Below, piece after piece: positions 19,883 through 31,231 of a stretch of DNA of 32,428 bases. Origin of the DNA: Opitutales bacterium (GTDB taxonomy: Bacteria > Verrucomicrobiota > Verrucomicrobiia > Opitutales > Coraliomargaritaceae); contig JBMYNR010000015.1 in assembly GCA_049598495.1 (NCBI GenBank), positions 1 to 32,428 on the forward strand, written 5' to 3'. The notes below the pieces were generated by a model. The model saw only the letters and a program-made list of their open reading frames with translations. It did not search any database and was not told where the DNA came from. Each line of letters opens with the position of its first letter. Within the stretch, counting starts at the first letter, position 1. Position numbers and translations under genes: made by a program.

Positions 19883-20545
19883 CTAAGACTCGATTAATTC
19901 GATGAAAGCTGCCTGATCTGCCGCATTAAAGAAAGCGGTGCCGGCAACGAGTGTATCGGCGCCTCGTTCTTTGCACAGTGGGGCCGTCTCTAGATTAACC
20001 CCGCCGTCTATCTCCAGACGGTAGGGCAGGCCGAGTTCGGCACGCCAAGTGTGTAGATGCTCCACTTTCGATAAGACGTCGTGGCGAAAGGACTGGCCGC
20101 CGAATCCTGGTTCTACCGTCATCAAGAGCACAATGTCGCAGATGGGCAGGAACTCCTTTGCTGCCTCAACAGGAGTGTCCGGATTGAGAACCACGCCGCA
20201 GCGACAACCCTTTGACTTAATGTATTCGAGTGCCTCAGTCACGGGATAATCGGGTTCTACATGGACAGTTATCTGATCCGCGCCCGCATCCAGGAAGGCA
20301 TCGATATAGAGGTGTGGATTATCAAGCATCAGATGGACATCAAAGAAGAGCTTGGAGTCGGGGCGCAAGGCCTTCACGGTTTGAGGACCGAAACTCAGGT
20401 TTGGCACAAAATGCCCGTCCATGATGTCGAGATGCACCCACTTGAGCCCTGCATCTTCAACGATCTTCAGACTGTTTCGAAGGTTTCCGTGGTCGCCGGC
20501 TAAAATGGAAGGGGCGAGGAGATGTTTATGCGGGCTGCACTGCAT
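19883..20545 (-). CDS. rpe: Ribulose-phosphate 3-epimerase (start probably ATG 20545)
   Basis: APSIL, HLDIMDGHFVPNLSFG, DVHLM, MTVEPGFGGQ, EIDGG. Confidence 0.96.
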   Translation of the reverse strand: MQCSPHKHLLAPSILAGDHGNLRNSLKIVEDAGLKWVHLDIMDGHFVPNLSFGPQTVKALRPDSKLFFDVHLMLDNPHLYIDAFLDAGADQITVHVEPDYPVTEALEYIKSKGCRCGVVLNPDTPVEAAKEFLPICDIVLLMTVEPGFGGQSFRHDVLSKVEHLHTWRAELGLPYRLEIDGGVNLETAPLCKERGADTLVAGTAFFNAADQAAFIELIES

Positions 20546-20647
20546 AAACATATATTTGAGAGGCTTATAGCGGGATAGCAAGACTGCTCTGTTTGGGTGA
20601 ATCTCTGTGTTGGTTGACTTATGATACAGACTGTCGAAAGTGGGTGA

Positions 20648-22402
20648 ATGCAGTATAACAGCACAAAACCCTTTGATGTGGTCGCACGTTCCAACGTGAA
20701 TGCTGTGTGGGGTGCGCTGACGATCGAGGTCCTAGCTCGTCTTGGGGTGGAATGCGTCGTGACCTCCCCGGGTTCACGCTCTACGCCGTTGGTGGTTGCG
20801 GCAGCCCGTAATCCGAAGATCGAGACTCTTAGTATTTTGGATGAGCGCTCGGCGTCGTTTTTCGCTCTCGGTCATGCCAAACAGACGCATCGCCCGGTTG
20901 CCCTGATTTGCACCTCAGGATCCGCTCCGGCCAATTATCTTCCTGCCGTTGTCGAGGCATCGATGAGCGGCACATCCCTGCTCCTGTTGTCGGCGGATCG
21001 TCCGCCGGAATTACGAGATTGCAGTTCGGGGCAGACCATTGATCAACTCAAGCTCTTCGGGAACTACGTGCGTGGCTTTCGTGAGATGGCGCTTCCTGAT
21101 GTCAGGGAGGGTATGCTGGATTACCTGAGGCAGTCCCTCGTGCATGCTGTGAATCTTTCGCTCGGTCCCGACGCGGGTCCTGTGCACTTGAATTTTCCGT
21201 TTCGAGATCCACTGAGCCCTGAGTTGGAGGATCCGAGACCGGTCATCAGCGAATCCAGTCTGGAGCGGGCCGCCGCCATCCAGTTGCGACCCTGTGAGTC
21301 TGTGCATAGCCTCGGACGTATTGACTCGGTGCTTCTGGAACGTCTTAGCAGCCATCGGGAAGGTGTGATTCTCATAGGTGCTCTGAATCCGCCGGGGGGT
21401 GATGATTTATTTGCCGATACCGTGGTCATGATCGCCGAGAAACTCGGATGGCCCGTCTTATGTGACGTTCTGAATCCGCTCAGGCATCATGTTGGCGGGA
21501 ACCGCCTACTGGTCACTAGTTATGACGCCTTTTTAAGGGATTCGGAAACAGCGAATCGAATGCGGCCGACTGCGTTTTTGCAGATAGGCATACTTCCGAC
21601 GAGCAAGGTTCTACGTGCATGGCTGAGCACACTCGATGCGGTTTCGTTTCTTTGTTCACTGCGACCAATCAATACGGATCCGCTTCATGGGGTGGCTACG
21701 CCAATCTACTCAGACGTGCACTCGCTCGCCGAGCAGATTGAAGATCAAAGCATTTCCAATGAATGGATCGAATCGTGGGCAGATATCGAGGTCAGAACAC
21801 GGGAGACTTTGTCTACGCGGCTTGAAGCAGTTGATGCGCTCTTCGAAGGAAAAGTTTCAGCACTGCTGTCGAGGCATTTGCCAGTTGGCACACCGGTCTT
21901 TATGGCCAGCAGTATGAGCGTTCGCTATGCTGAGTATTTCTGGGCGCCCGGTAGTCGTGCCTACTCGATATTCTGTAATCGTGGGGCCAATGGCATCGAC
22001 GGAACATTGGGCACCGCTATGGGAGTCGCCCATAATGCCAAACCGGCCGTATTGCTGACGGGCGATTTGGCGTTTCTACATGATGCGAATAGCATGCTGG
22101 CCTCAGGAGAGTTGAACGGAAGCCTGACGATTATCTTGATCAATAATTGTGGTGGCGGGATTTTTGAACACCTGCCCATCGCCTCGATGGATCCACCCTT
22201 CGAAAAATATTTTTCGACACCTCAACGGGTGAATGTGGCAAAACTCTGCGAGGCCTACGGTGTGGAGCATCAAAGCGTTTCCGATTGGGACGGATTGCTG
22301 GAAGCAATCCGGCAACTCCCAAAGGCTGGCCTTCGAGTCCTGGAGCTCCTCACGGATCGAAAAGCCGATCGCGAGACTTTGCGGAAAACTCTGGATATCT
22401 AG
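20648..22402 (+). CDS. menD: SEPHCHC synthase (menaquinone biosynthesis)
   Basis: SPGSRSTPL, DERSASFFALG, ICTSGSA, NRGANGIDG, GDLAFLHD, NNCGGGIF. Confidence 0.96.
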   Translation: MQYNSTKPFDVVARSNVNAVWGALTIEVLARLGVECVVTSPGSRSTPLVVAAARNPKIETLSILDERSASFFALGHAKQTHRPVALICTSGSAPANYLPAVVEASMSGTSLLLLSADRPPELRDCSSGQTIDQLKLFGNYVRGFREMALPDVREGMLDYLRQSLVHAVNLSLGPDAGPVHLNFPFRDPLSPELEDPRPVISESSLERAAAIQLRPCESVHSLGRIDSVLLERLSSHREGVILIGALNPPGGDDLFADTVVMIAEKLGWPVLCDVLNPLRHHVGGNRLLVTSYDAFLRDSETANRMRPTAFLQIGILPTSKVLRAWLSTLDAVSFLCSLRPINTDPLHGVATPIYSDVHSLAEQIEDQSISNEWIESWADIEVRTRETLSTRLEAVDALFEGKVSALLSRHLPVGTPVFMASSMSVRYAEYFWAPGSRAYSIFCNRGANGIDGTLGTAMGVAHNAKPAVLLTGDLAFLHDANSMLASGELNGSLTIILINNCGGGIFEHLPIASMDPPFEKYFSTPQRVNVAKLCEAYGVEHQSVSDWDGLLEAIRQLPKAGLRVLELLTDRKADRETLRKTLDI

Positions 22403-22446
22403 ATATCTTCCGACAAGGAATGGCCTCGCGGGAGACGTTTGCTTGT

Positions 22447-23421
22447 CTACTCGTCCTCGCCAGTGTCGATTTTAGGAGCGTCTGAGACATCGCCGAAGAT
22501 TCCGCCCGCCACGCTGCGGTCGTGTTTGCGATGACGTTGATTTTTCTCGTGATCGATTTGCCCCTCAACTGAGAAGCGTGCAAACGGGACGGCCGTCAAG
22601 CGGGCTGCGGGGATGGCTTTGCCGGTAACCTCACAGACACCATAGCTGCCATCCTTAATGCGCATAATGGCCTCCTCGATTTCATTGAGAGCGTCCTGTT
22701 CATTGGAGACAAGACTGAGCGCAAAATCGCGATCGAAAGTGTCTGTGCCTGCATCGGCCTGGTGATTACCGTAGCCTGAAATATCGCCCGAGTCTTCTCG
22801 GGAGGAGTGTTTTAATGTGTCGGCGGTATGGAGGCTGATTTCGTCGCTAACGTGTTCTCGAAGCTTGATCAACAAATTGTAGTATTTCTTCCACTTCTTG
22901 GGCACCTCTTTTTCGCCGAGTTCGGTTTTCTTTTTCTTCTCGGCTGGATTGAAACCGAGAATATCGCCCAGCGAAGCAGGACCCAGAACTCGTTTTTCGA
23001 CGGGCTTATCCTCGGCAATTGTCTTTTTGGCCGCCTTTTTCACCGGCTTAAGCGCCTTCTTGGTCGGTGATTCCGCCTTCTTTGAGGCTACCAGTTCCTC
23101 GACATCGTCCAGAGAAAAGACAATCTTGGAAGATTTTTTTTCGGACGCGGTATCCGTCCGTGAGACTTCGGCGGTCTTAGGAGCGGTCTTAGGAGCGGTC
23201 TTTTCCCGAGAGGCTTTGGGGGTCTTAGGAGCGGTCTTTTTCCGAGAGGCTTTGGGGGCGGCAACTGCCTTCTTTGTGGTCTTTTTTGTCGCTTTCTTCG
23301 TGGCCTTCTTCGCAGCCTTCTTTTTTACGGCTGTTTTTTTAAGGGCGCTCTTTTTAGCGGCTGCCTTTTTCGTTGCCTTCTTGGCTGCTTTTTTAGCGGT
23401 CTTCTTTGTCTTCGTGGGCAT
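22447..23421 (-). CDS. TraR/DksA-family protein with N-terminal histone-H1-like Lys/Ala-rich region
   Basis: AKKAAKKATKK repeats, then a coiled coil with HQADAGTD tip, EIEEAIMRIKDGSYGVCEVTG..IPAARL.AVP. Confidence 0.88.
   Translation of the reverse strand: MPTKTKKTAKKAAKKATKKAAAKKSALKKTAVKKKAAKKATKKATKKTTKKAVAAPKASRKKTAPKTPKASREKTAPKTAPKTAEVSRTDTASEKKSSKIVFSLDDVEELVASKKAESPTKKALKPVKKAAKKTIAEDKPVEKRVLGPASLGDILGFNPAEKKKKTELGEKEVPKKWKKYYNLLIKLREHVSDEISLHTADTLKHSSREDSGDISGYGNHQADAGTDTFDRDFALSLVSNEQDALNEIEEAIMRIKDGSYGVCEVTGKAIPAARLTAVPFARFSVEGQIDHEKNQRHRKHDRSVAGGIFGDVSDAPKIDTGEDE
23171..23256. repeat. Coding tandem repeats (12 bp, and 36 bp x2) in the H1-like region
   Basis: GCGGTCTTAGGA units; 23185-23220 and 23221-23256 differ at one base. 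Confidence 0.85.
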
Positions 23422-23450
23422 GGATAAACGGATCGTTGAGGTTAAAGTGT

Positions 23451-26273
23451 TTATTTGAGGGAGCTAAGTGCTTCAGCGCATCGCGGGGAGACGGGTCCCC
23501 ATTCTTCAGTTTCGATGAGTTCCGGAACCCAACGCCAGCTTCGTGGGCAGCGAACACCGTCTGCATGAGCGACCTCGATATCAATGTTGGGTTCTGTGGA
23601 TTCGATGAGAGTCACTTCTGAGAGAATGAATAGTTCCGGCAGGTCGGATTCGTATTTTTGAAGTCGGGCAAACTCGGGATCCTTAGGGGATCCGGAGATC
23701 ACGACTTTCGCGTCGAGACTCTGTCCGATTACTTTTTCTTGGCGCAGTGTCTCGAGTCGATCGTTCAATTTCGTTGTAAGGAAAGTGCGAAGCGCTGAGA
23801 TATCTGCTGCGGTATCACCATCATCCCAAGCGGGATTGATTTCCGGCCAGTCGGACAGTGCGATCGGTTCCTCGCAGAAGTCGCTATTGGTTTTCGAGTA
23901 GCTCCAGGCTTCATCCGCGGTAAAGGGAACCAGAGGAGCAATCAAACGTGCGAAGACGGAGAAGATAATATGAATTGCAGTCTGAGAGGACCTGCGGAGG
24001 GGATCATTGGGGCTACGGGTGTAGAGGCGATCCTTCAATATATCGTGGTAGGTCGCGGAGAGTGTATTGGCGCAGAACGGATCGATGTAATCCTTGAATG
24101 CGCGGTGAAACTCATAGCCATTGTAGGCCTCTGTTACATTGCGAATGAGTTGCGCGAGTTCGTGGAGTGCCCACTTATCCAGTGCGTTGAGTGAATCGAG
24201 AGCGACCGCATCCGTCTTCGGATTGAAATCGTGGAGATTGCCGATTTGGAAGCGGAGTGTGTTTCGCAAATTTCGGTAGTTATTGGCGACGTTTTTAACG
24301 ATTTTATCAGATACGGGCACATCGCCACGATAATCCTGCGAGCAGATCCAAAGGCGGATGATATCGGCACCATAGCCCTTGATCCATTCATTCAATGGTC
24401 GGGCGGCACCATCGCTCTTGGAGAGTTTCGTGCCGTCTTCCTTAACGATGAAACCATGAGTTAGAAGATTCCTGTAAGGTGCGGCTCTATCAGCGATCAC
24501 CGAAGTCCAGAGAGAACTTTGGAACCAGCCCCGGTGTTGATCGGACCCTTCCAGGTAGAGGTCGGCCGGCCACGCGAGATTTGGCCGCTTTTGGAGGACA
24601 GCACGATGGCTCGTGCCCGAGTCGATCCATACGTCGAGTGTGTCCGTGCCGCATATTAGTTGTTCGGGCGCGGGCCAGCCTTCCGGCAAGTCGACACCTT
24701 CAAGTAGCTCTGCCGCAGTCTTTTGGAACCAGATATCCGTGCCGCTCACGGCAATCTTTTTCGAAACCGCGCGGATGACGTCGGCGTCGATGTAGGCTTC
24801 GCCGTCTTCGTCGTAAAAAGCGGGGATGGGGACACCCCAAGTCCGCTGACGGCTAATGCACCAGTCCGGGCGGTTCTCAACGGCCGCGCGAATACGGTTC
24901 TCGCCCCAGCTCGGGATGAAATTCACCTCGTTCAGCGATTCCAATGCGCGCTGACGATCTCCATTTTTATCAAGTGCGATGAACCACTGATCCATTGCAC
25001 GAAAAACGACCGGAGTCTTCGAGCGCCAGCAGTGTGGGTAGCTATGATTTATCTTCTTCTTGGCGATGAGTGAGCCGTTACCGCTGATGATCTTCAACAC
25101 GCCAAGATTGGCCGCTGACGGTTTTCCATTGCCCGACTCCAATACGGACAATCCGACCAGTTCGGGGGGAACTTGGCCGTCATCAATATAGCAACCCTCG
25201 TTGTCCAAGGGGCAATAGACCTCTAGGCCATGATTGATCCCGGTGATATAGTCGTCCAAGCCATGCCCGGGTGCAGTATGGACACATCCCGTACCACTTT
25301 CGGTGGTTACATACTCTGCGAGGAGGATGGGGGATGGTCGATCGATGAACGGGTGGCGTGCTTCAAGCTTCTCCAGTTGTGAGCCCAGGAAGGTGGCGAC
25401 CACATCCACATTCTCGAGATGGCAAGCCTCGGCAACAGTTCCAAGCAGCGGCGTCGCAATGATCAGGAGTCCATGTTCCTTTGTGCGGACTGCCGAGTAT
25501 TCGATATTTGGGTGTACGGCGACTGCGAGATTAGCCGGCAGTGTCCAGGGTGTGGTTGTCCAGATGAGGATGGAAGTATCTTCGTCGGCCAAATCAAGTG
25601 CCTCGCAGGCCGCCTTGCTGAGAGGCAGTTTTACATAGATTGAAATGCTTGTGTGGTCTCGGTATTCGATTTCCGCCTCTGCCAGTGCCGTTGCGCATGG
25701 GATCGACCAATAGACTGGCTTTTTACTGCGGTAAACCAGTCCCTGTTCTACGAAGCTGACAAAGGTTTCCAGTTCCGTGGCCTCATATTCAGGGTGGATC
25801 GTCCAGTATTCATTAGCCCAGTCGGCTGTTACGCCAAGACGCTCAAACTGCTTACTCTGGATCACCCGATATTTATCCGCAAATTGGGCGCAGGCCTTGC
25901 GCACCTCGAGTGCCGTATAGTCGGTGCGACCGGACTCCTGGAGCTCACGCGAAACCTTGTGCTCAATCGGTAGCCCGTGGCTATCCCATCCGGGAATGTA
26001 GGGTGCATTCATGCCACACATCCACTTGTAGCGGAGAATGGTGTCTTTCAGCGTCTTGTTCAGTGCGTGACCGAGATGAAGATCTCCATTCGTAAACGGC
26101 GGGCCATCGTGCAGGATGAAGCGTTCTCCATCACGGTTCTTCTCCTGAATTTTATCATAGACACCCAATTTTTTCCAATGCTCGATACGCTCTGGTTCAC
26201 GTTGGACGAGGTTGCCCCGCATCGGGAAATTCGTCTGTGGGAGATTTAGCGTATCTTTTAGGTCTTTCGCCAT
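23451..26273 (-). CDS. ileS: Isoleucine-tRNA ligase (type 1)
   Basis: [46 protein letters not shown]. Confidence 0.98.
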   Translation of the reverse strand: MAKDLKDTLNLPQTNFPMRGNLVQREPERIEHWKKLGVYDKIQEKNRDGERFILHDGPPFTNGDLHLGHALNKTLKDTILRYKWMCGMNAPYIPGWDSHGLPIEHKVSRELQESGRTDYTALEVRKACAQFADKYRVIQSKQFERLGVTADWANEYWTIHPEYEATELETFVSFVEQGLVYRSKKPVYWSIPCATALAEAEIEYRDHTSISIYVKLPLSKAACEALDLADEDTSILIWTTTPWTLPANLAVAVHPNIEYSAVRTKEHGLLIIATPLLGTVAEACHLENVDVVATFLGSQLEKLEARHPFIDRPSPILLAEYVTTESGTGCVHTAPGHGLDDYITGINHGLEVYCPLDNEGCYIDDGQVPPELVGLSVLESGNGKPSAANLGVLKIISGNGSLIAKKKINHSYPHCWRSKTPVVFRAMDQWFIALDKNGDRQRALESLNEVNFIPSWGENRIRAAVENRPDWCISRQRTWGVPIPAFYDEDGEAYIDADVIRAVSKKIAVSGTDIWFQKTAAELLEGVDLPEGWPAPEQLICGTDTLDVWIDSGTSHRAVLQKRPNLAWPADLYLEGSDQHRGWFQSSLWTSVIADRAAPYRNLLTHGFIVKEDGTKLSKSDGAARPLNEWIKGYGADIIRLWICSQDYRGDVPVSDKIVKNVANNYRNLRNTLRFQIGNLHDFNPKTDAVALDSLNALDKWALHELAQLIRNVTEAYNGYEFHRAFKDYIDPFCANTLSATYHDILKDRLYTRSPNDPLRRSSQTAIHIIFSVFARLIAPLVPFTADEAWSYSKTNSDFCEEPIALSDWPEINPAWDDGDTAADISALRTFLTTKLNDRLETLRQEKVIGQSLDAKVVISGSPKDPEFARLQKYESDLPELFILSEVTLIESTEPNIDIEVAHADGVRCPRSWRWVPELIETEEWGPVSPRCAEALSSLK

Positions 26274-26308
26274 GGTGTCGGGCTAGGAAGCCGTTTGAAA
26301 AGCGCGGG

Positions 26309-26336
26309 AGTGTGTTTTTTTGGTTTACCAAGTCAA
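26309..26336 (-). promoter_or_regulatory. Putative sigma70 promoter of ileS and the downstream dksA-like gene
   Basis: TTGACT, 16 nt, CACACT, about 35 nt upstream of the ATG. Confidence 0.4.
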
Positions 26337-26428
26337 GCACTGAGAATTGTCTCGCCGCAGTTTCGTTTAGGCACTTCTGTTCGAGCGCCCGTACTCGTGT
26401 TTTCAGAAGTTCAGGCTACTCATTCGCC

Positions 26429-27439
26429 ATGAATCTTGCGTTGATCCAGTTACCGTTTCAAGAGCTCCCCGTAATTTGGCTGCTGGGCTTCCTTGTCCTT
26501 GGATTTGCCGCACTGAGTTATGGAGGGGATTTTCTAACCAGTGGAGCCGCAGCGGTCTCCGTTAATATGCGAATCGATCCCATCGTGGTTGGGCTGACTG
26601 TAGTCTCCATCGCGACCTCCATGCCTGAGATGGCCACTTCTCTTATGGCGGCCAAGGACAACCCAGGGCTAGCGCTCGGGAATATCCTTGGGAGCAATAT
26701 TGCAAACATCGGTCTGATCCTTGGGATCGCGGCGATTATTTCACCATTGAAGATCGAATTGCGGCTGATCCGACGCGAGGTGCCTATCATGATTCTCGTG
26801 ACGGTTCTTTTTTGGCTCTTTGCGATGGGGGGGCGATTTAACCGCTTTGAGGGCATCATTTTGCTCACACTGACCGTGGCCTATTTGATTTACGTGGTGC
26901 GCGGGGCTAAATCATCCGACGCGGCACATGCGGTTGACCAGTTCACTGAGGGCACGGAGGAGTTGGCCAAAAAGACAAATAAGGCAGCCCTGGCCTTCGT
27001 CTTGTTGGGCGGTGCGCTTCTTGCGTTGGGGGCCAATATCCTAGTCGGTTCCTCTGTGGAGATCGCACTGCGAATGGGGGCGAGTGATTTGTTTGTCGGG
27101 TTGACCCTAGTCGCGATCGGAACCAGTCTACCCGAGTTGGCGGCATCGATTGCTGCCGTGCGCGCCGGGCACAGCGACATGTGTGCGGGCAACATCGTTG
27201 GGTCGAATCTTTTCAACATCCTATTGATCGGTGGCGGGGTTTCTACAGTGGCGGGTATCGATGTGGGCGACAAATTACTACTGATTGAGTTTCCTTCGTT
27301 AATCATACTTTCGTTGCTGCTATTTTGGTTCTTTAAAAGCGGTCATGTTGTGAAGCGGTGGGAGGGTGTTTACTTGCTATTCCTTTACGTGGCGATTCTT
27401 TCGCTTTCTGCACTTTCGCGATTCGGCTACCTATTCTGA
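26429..27439 (+). CDS. Ca2+/Na+ antiporter (YrbG/CaCA family; start re-assigned to ATG 26429)
   Basis: Duplicated alpha repeats [16 protein letters not shown] and [16 protein letters not shown]. Confidence 0.93.
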   Translation: MNLALIQLPFQELPVIWLLGFLVLGFAALSYGGDFLTSGAAAVSVNMRIDPIVVGLTVVSIATSMPEMATSLMAAKDNPGLALGNILGSNIANIGLILGIAAIISPLKIELRLIRREVPIMILVTVLFWLFAMGGRFNRFEGIILLTLTVAYLIYVVRGAKSSDAAHAVDQFTEGTEELAKKTNKAALAFVLLGGALLALGANILVGSSVEIALRMGASDLFVGLTLVAIGTSLPELAASIAAVRAGHSDMCAGNIVGSNLFNILLIGGGVSTVAGIDVGDKLLLIEFPSLIILSLLLFWFFKSGHVVKRWEGVYLLFLYVAILSLSALSRFGYLF

Positions 27440-27478
27440 TATGCGAGTTTTTCATTTTTTCACACACAACTGATTGTA

Positions 27479-29056
27479 ATGTCCGAAACACAAAAGCCTG
27501 TAGTCCTCATCATCCGTGATGGTTGGGGAGAGAATCACGATGTATCCTACGATGCCCACAATGCGGTCAAATTGGCCAATACGCCGGTCGCTGACCGTCT
27601 CTCGGCCGAATACCCGCGGACCGAGATCAAGGCATGTGGTCTGGCTGTAGGACTGCCCGAAGGGATCATGGGCAATTCCGAAGTTGGGCACCAAAATATC
27701 GGTGCCGGTCGCGTGGTCGATCAGGAGATTGTTCGCATTAATAAGGGTATTGAAACCGGTTCGGTTAAGGAGAGTCGCGCGCTGAAATCCGCTTTCGATA
27801 ATGTCCGCAGTCAGGGTAGCGCTCTGCACTTTATGGGCTTGGTTTCCGATGCCGGTGTGCATTCGATGTTGGACCATCTTTACGGTCTGCTTGCGATCGC
27901 GAAGGAAGCGGGCATAGAAGAAGTTTATCTGCACGCCTTCACAGATGGACGCGATACGGGACCGTTTTCGGGAAAGGGATTTCTGGCGCAAGCGGAGGCC
28001 AGGATGGCGGAGATTGGTGTCGGTAAGATTGCCAGCGTGGCGGGGCGCTATTGGGCCATGGACCGCGACAATCGCTGGGACCGTGTGCAACGAGCCTATG
28101 ACTGTTTGACTGGCCGAAATATCGAACGCATTGCGGGTAGTGCGGCTGAAGCGATCCAGTTGCAGTATGATTCACCCGAAACGGAGGGCACCAAGGGCGA
28201 CGAGTTCTGCCCCCCGACCGCCATTCTAGACGATGAGGACCAGCCTGTGGCGACTATCAAGGCAGGGGATTCGGTCATTTTCTTCAACTTCCGGGGTGAT
28301 CGGCCGCGCGAGCTGACCCGGGCCTTTATTCAGGACGATTTCGACGACTTCGAACGCGGCGATAAACTCGATCTGTATTTCGCGACCCTGAGTGAATACC
28401 AGAAGGGCCTTTGCCCGAATATTGTTTTCGAGAAGCCGGCGAAGATGGTGAATATTTTGGGTGGCTATCTGGCCGAGCTTGGAATCAGGCAGTTCCGATG
28501 TGCGGAGACCGAGAAGTTCCCGCACGTCACTTTCTTTTTTAACGACTATCGCGAAGAGCCATTCCCGGGGGAAGATCGTGAGTTGGTGCCCAGTCGTAAA
28601 GACTGCGCCACCTATGACGAGAAGCCGGAAATGTCGGCCTACGGAATCAAGGATGCCACGGTCGGTGCGATTAAGTCGGGCAAGTATGGCCTAGTTGTGG
28701 TGAATTTTGCCAACCCTGACATGGTTGGGCACACGGGTGTCCTTGAGGCTTGTGTCAAAGCCTGTGAAGTCGTGGACGAATGTGTCGGTGAGTTACTCGA
28801 TGCGGTCGATGCTGTGGGTGGCTCCGCTTTGATCACAGCCGACCACGGAAACTCTGACCAGCTCTGGAATAATGAAAATGACGGCCCACACACGGCGCAC
28901 ACCTTGAATCCGGTTGAGGTCGTGCTTTACAGCGAGGAATTTAAAGGTGCCAAGCTTGTCGCCGATGGCGCGTTGGGCGACATCGCCCCGACACTGCTCA
29001 AGCTGATGCACCTCGATCAACCTGAAGAAATGACCGGGACCTGCTTGATCCAGTAG
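27479..29056 (+). CDS. gpmI: 2,3-bisphosphoglycerate-independent phosphoglycerate mutase
   Basis: [48 protein letters not shown]. Confidence 0.98.
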   Translation: MSETQKPVVLIIRDGWGENHDVSYDAHNAVKLANTPVADRLSAEYPRTEIKACGLAVGLPEGIMGNSEVGHQNIGAGRVVDQEIVRINKGIETGSVKESRALKSAFDNVRSQGSALHFMGLVSDAGVHSMLDHLYGLLAIAKEAGIEEVYLHAFTDGRDTGPFSGKGFLAQAEARMAEIGVGKIASVAGRYWAMDRDNRWDRVQRAYDCLTGRNIERIAGSAAEAIQLQYDSPETEGTKGDEFCPPTAILDDEDQPVATIKAGDSVIFFNFRGDRPRELTRAFIQDDFDDFERGDKLDLYFATLSEYQKGLCPNIVFEKPAKMVNILGGYLAELGIRQFRCAETEKFPHVTFFFNDYREEPFPGEDRELVPSRKDCATYDEKPEMSAYGIKDATVGAIKSGKYGLVVVNFANPDMVGHTGVLEACVKACEVVDECVGELLDAVDAVGGSALITADHGNSDQLWNNENDGPHTAHTLNPVEVVLYSEEFKGAKLVADGALGDIAPTLLKLMHLDQPEEMTGTCLIQ

Positions 29057-29074
29057 GCTGCCGGCAGTGACCTG

Positions 29075-29728
29075 ATGAAAATTACCACCGCCAGCTACGC
29101 GGGATGCGCCACGGACCTCGAGGCATGCCCCGTGTCCTCGATGCCCGAGTTTGCTTTTGTTGGGCGTTCGAACGTAGGCAAATCGTCTCTGGTTAACATG
29201 CTGACAGAGACAAAGGGTTTGGCCAAAACTTCGGGTACTCCGGGAAAGACAAAGCTGATTCATTTCTTCCGGATTAACGAGCAGTGGACCTTGGTGGATT
29301 TGCCGGGTTATGGATACGCAAGAGTTTCCAAGGAGAGGCAGGCGGCGTTTAACGAACAGGTTAGCGGTTATCTGACGGGACGTGAGAATCTGAAACAGGT
29401 ATTCGCTCTAATGGACTCACAACTCGAGCCTCTGGATACGGATCTCGCCTTCATTGATTGGTTACAGCAGTGCGGGTTGCCATACTCCGTGATTCTCACA
29501 AAAACGGACCGAAGTGCTGATGCGAAAGTGAAGAACCACGAATCGCAACTTCTTGAAGCGTTGGATGCCTATGCGCTAGCTCCAAGTCGAGTTTTCAAAT
29601 GCAGCGCAAAGACAGGGCGTGGACGCGCAGCTATTCTCGCCTGGATCGAAGGTCAGCTCCCCGTTAAACCGAAGAAAGGGAAGGGGAAACCCATCCAATT
29701 GGGTTGGATGAAGAAGTCGCGGGGCTAG
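29075..29728 (+). CDS. engB: Ribosome biogenesis GTPase YihA/YsxC
   Basis: GRSNVGKSS, TPGKT, DLPGYGYA, TKTD. Confidence 0.95.
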   Translation: MKITTASYAGCATDLEACPVSSMPEFAFVGRSNVGKSSLVNMLTETKGLAKTSGTPGKTKLIHFFRINEQWTLVDLPGYGYARVSKERQAAFNEQVSGYLTGRENLKQVFALMDSQLEPLDTDLAFIDWLQQCGLPYSVILTKTDRSADAKVKNHESQLLEALDAYALAPSRVFKCSAKTGRGRAAILAWIEGQLPVKPKKGKGKPIQLGWMKKSRG

Positions 29729-29921
29729 CTGACGGTGAGTTTCAGGATGACATGGATCGTATCGAGCTCGCCCGAAATGCGGTCATGGATGTATCAGAAT
29801 CCGCGACGCCGGAGGATTTTGTAATACCCATTCTCGCGACTCCTTTGATGCAGAATGTATTCTGGAAAAGTCCTCGTGTCCTGCGCTTGCAGCCTGCCTA
29901 TGATAGGTCCATGTTCGCGAT

Positions 29922-30518
29922 ATGAGCTTCAAAAATGAGACGCGATTTCTTGAGACCATTGCCGCATTTGACGCCTTGAATGCGAGGGATCCGAACACGG
30001 TCGATGTTTTGGGTGAAGCGGTGCCTAAAGAACTCCACGACGCACAATCGATGACGCGCTGGATTGATAGGATCTATCCGGATGCGAGCGAGGCGGTGCA
30101 TCTTGCTGCGCGCAGCCAGCATTTATGTCGCTGGGAAATTCCCCGTGCGGATTATCCCGAGGGTAAGGCGGGCTACCATCGTTGGCGGAACACCTTGAAG
30201 AAGCACCATGCGAAAAAGAGCGCAGCGTTACTTCGCGAACACGGTTACGACGAGGCAGTTCTCGATGCGGTGGAGTTAATCCACCTGAAAAAGGGCATTA
30301 AAACGAACCCGGATGTGCAGCAGATTGAAGATGCGCTCTGCTTAGTTTTTCTTGAGTGCCAGTTCGAGAGCTACCTCGATAAATGGGACGAAGACAAGAT
30401 GATCGGCATCCTCCGGAAAACTTGGGTCAAGATGAGCGAAACCGGGCAGTGTGCAGCACTTCAACTGGACCTTTCAGATTCTGCAAAAACTATTTTGAAT
30501 AAGGCCTTGAGCGCCTAG
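29922..30518 (+). CDS. DUF4202-like (HD-related) protein
   Basis: [44 protein letters not shown] pattern. Confidence 0.8.
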   Translation: MSFKNETRFLETIAAFDALNARDPNTVDVLGEAVPKELHDAQSMTRWIDRIYPDASEAVHLAARSQHLCRWEIPRADYPEGKAGYHRWRNTLKKHHAKKSAALLREHGYDEAVLDAVELIHLKKGIKTNPDVQQIEDALCLVFLECQFESYLDKWDEDKMIGILRKTWVKMSETGQCAALQLDLSDSAKTILNKALSA

Positions 30519-30526
30519 TTCGAACC

Positions 30527-31048
30527 ATGGCTGAATACGCTGAATCTTTCAGACAAGCATCCTCCGAATCTAGGTTGGAGGAAATTTATTTCGCCGGTGG
30601 TTGCCTCTGGGGCGTGCAGGAGTTTATGCGGCATCTACCTGGGGTGGTGCGCACAGAGGCGGGGCGCGCGAACGGGAGCCGTCAAAGCACGAAAGAGCCA
30701 TACGATGGGTATGCCGAATGTGTCCGCATCTGGTTTGATCCGGACGAGGTCAGTGTTTCAGAACTGATGGGTTATTTTTTCGAGATCATTGACCCCTACA
30801 GCTTAAACAAGCAGGGGCCCGATCTCGGAGAGAAATACCGTACCGGCGTCTACAGTTTGAAGACATCGCATCTCCTGGCAGTCAGCACCTTCATTACATC
30901 ACGGGAGGATTCCGACCGAATCGTAGTGGAAGTTCTTCCGCTCGATAATTACGTTATGAGTGATGCAGAGCATCAGGACCGGCTCACACGCTGCCCCGAA
31001 GATCCTTGTCATCTTCCGAAGTCACTCCTTCATAAATATAAACTATAA
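30527..31048 (+). CDS. msrA: Peptide-methionine (S)-S-oxide reductase
   Basis: YFAGGCLWG, AECV, IIDPYSLNKQGPD.GEKYRTGVY, EHQD. Confidence 0.88.
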   Translation: MAEYAESFRQASSESRLEEIYFAGGCLWGVQEFMRHLPGVVRTEAGRANGSRQSTKEPYDGYAECVRIWFDPDEVSVSELMGYFFEIIDPYSLNKQGPDLGEKYRTGVYSLKTSHLLAVSTFITSREDSDRIVVEVLPLDNYVMSDAEHQDRLTRCPEDPCHLPKSLLHKYKL

Positions 31049-31231
31049 TCGAACGGCCTCGTTATAATACGCCTTTCCACGCTACTCATTGCATTCGTAT
31101 TAGCGGTTGATGTCACCGATGCGGGGATATGTGTGAGTCCGGTAAGCTGTAAGTTAATTGGCGATAATGTGGTGGCCTATGAAATGACAAACAGGTCTTG
31201 TGATCACGGCGTCGTGCCAAATAGTTAAGGT

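Noticed and set aside
22898..23458. 186-aa Phe/Ala-rich 'membrane protein'
   Set aside because: Antisense read of the Lys/Ala codon repeats of the dksA-like gene.
29704..29925. 73-aa ORF between engB and the DUF4202-like gene
   Set aside because: No motif, and its 3' part is the promoter-like region of the next gene; a gene remnant cannot be excluded.
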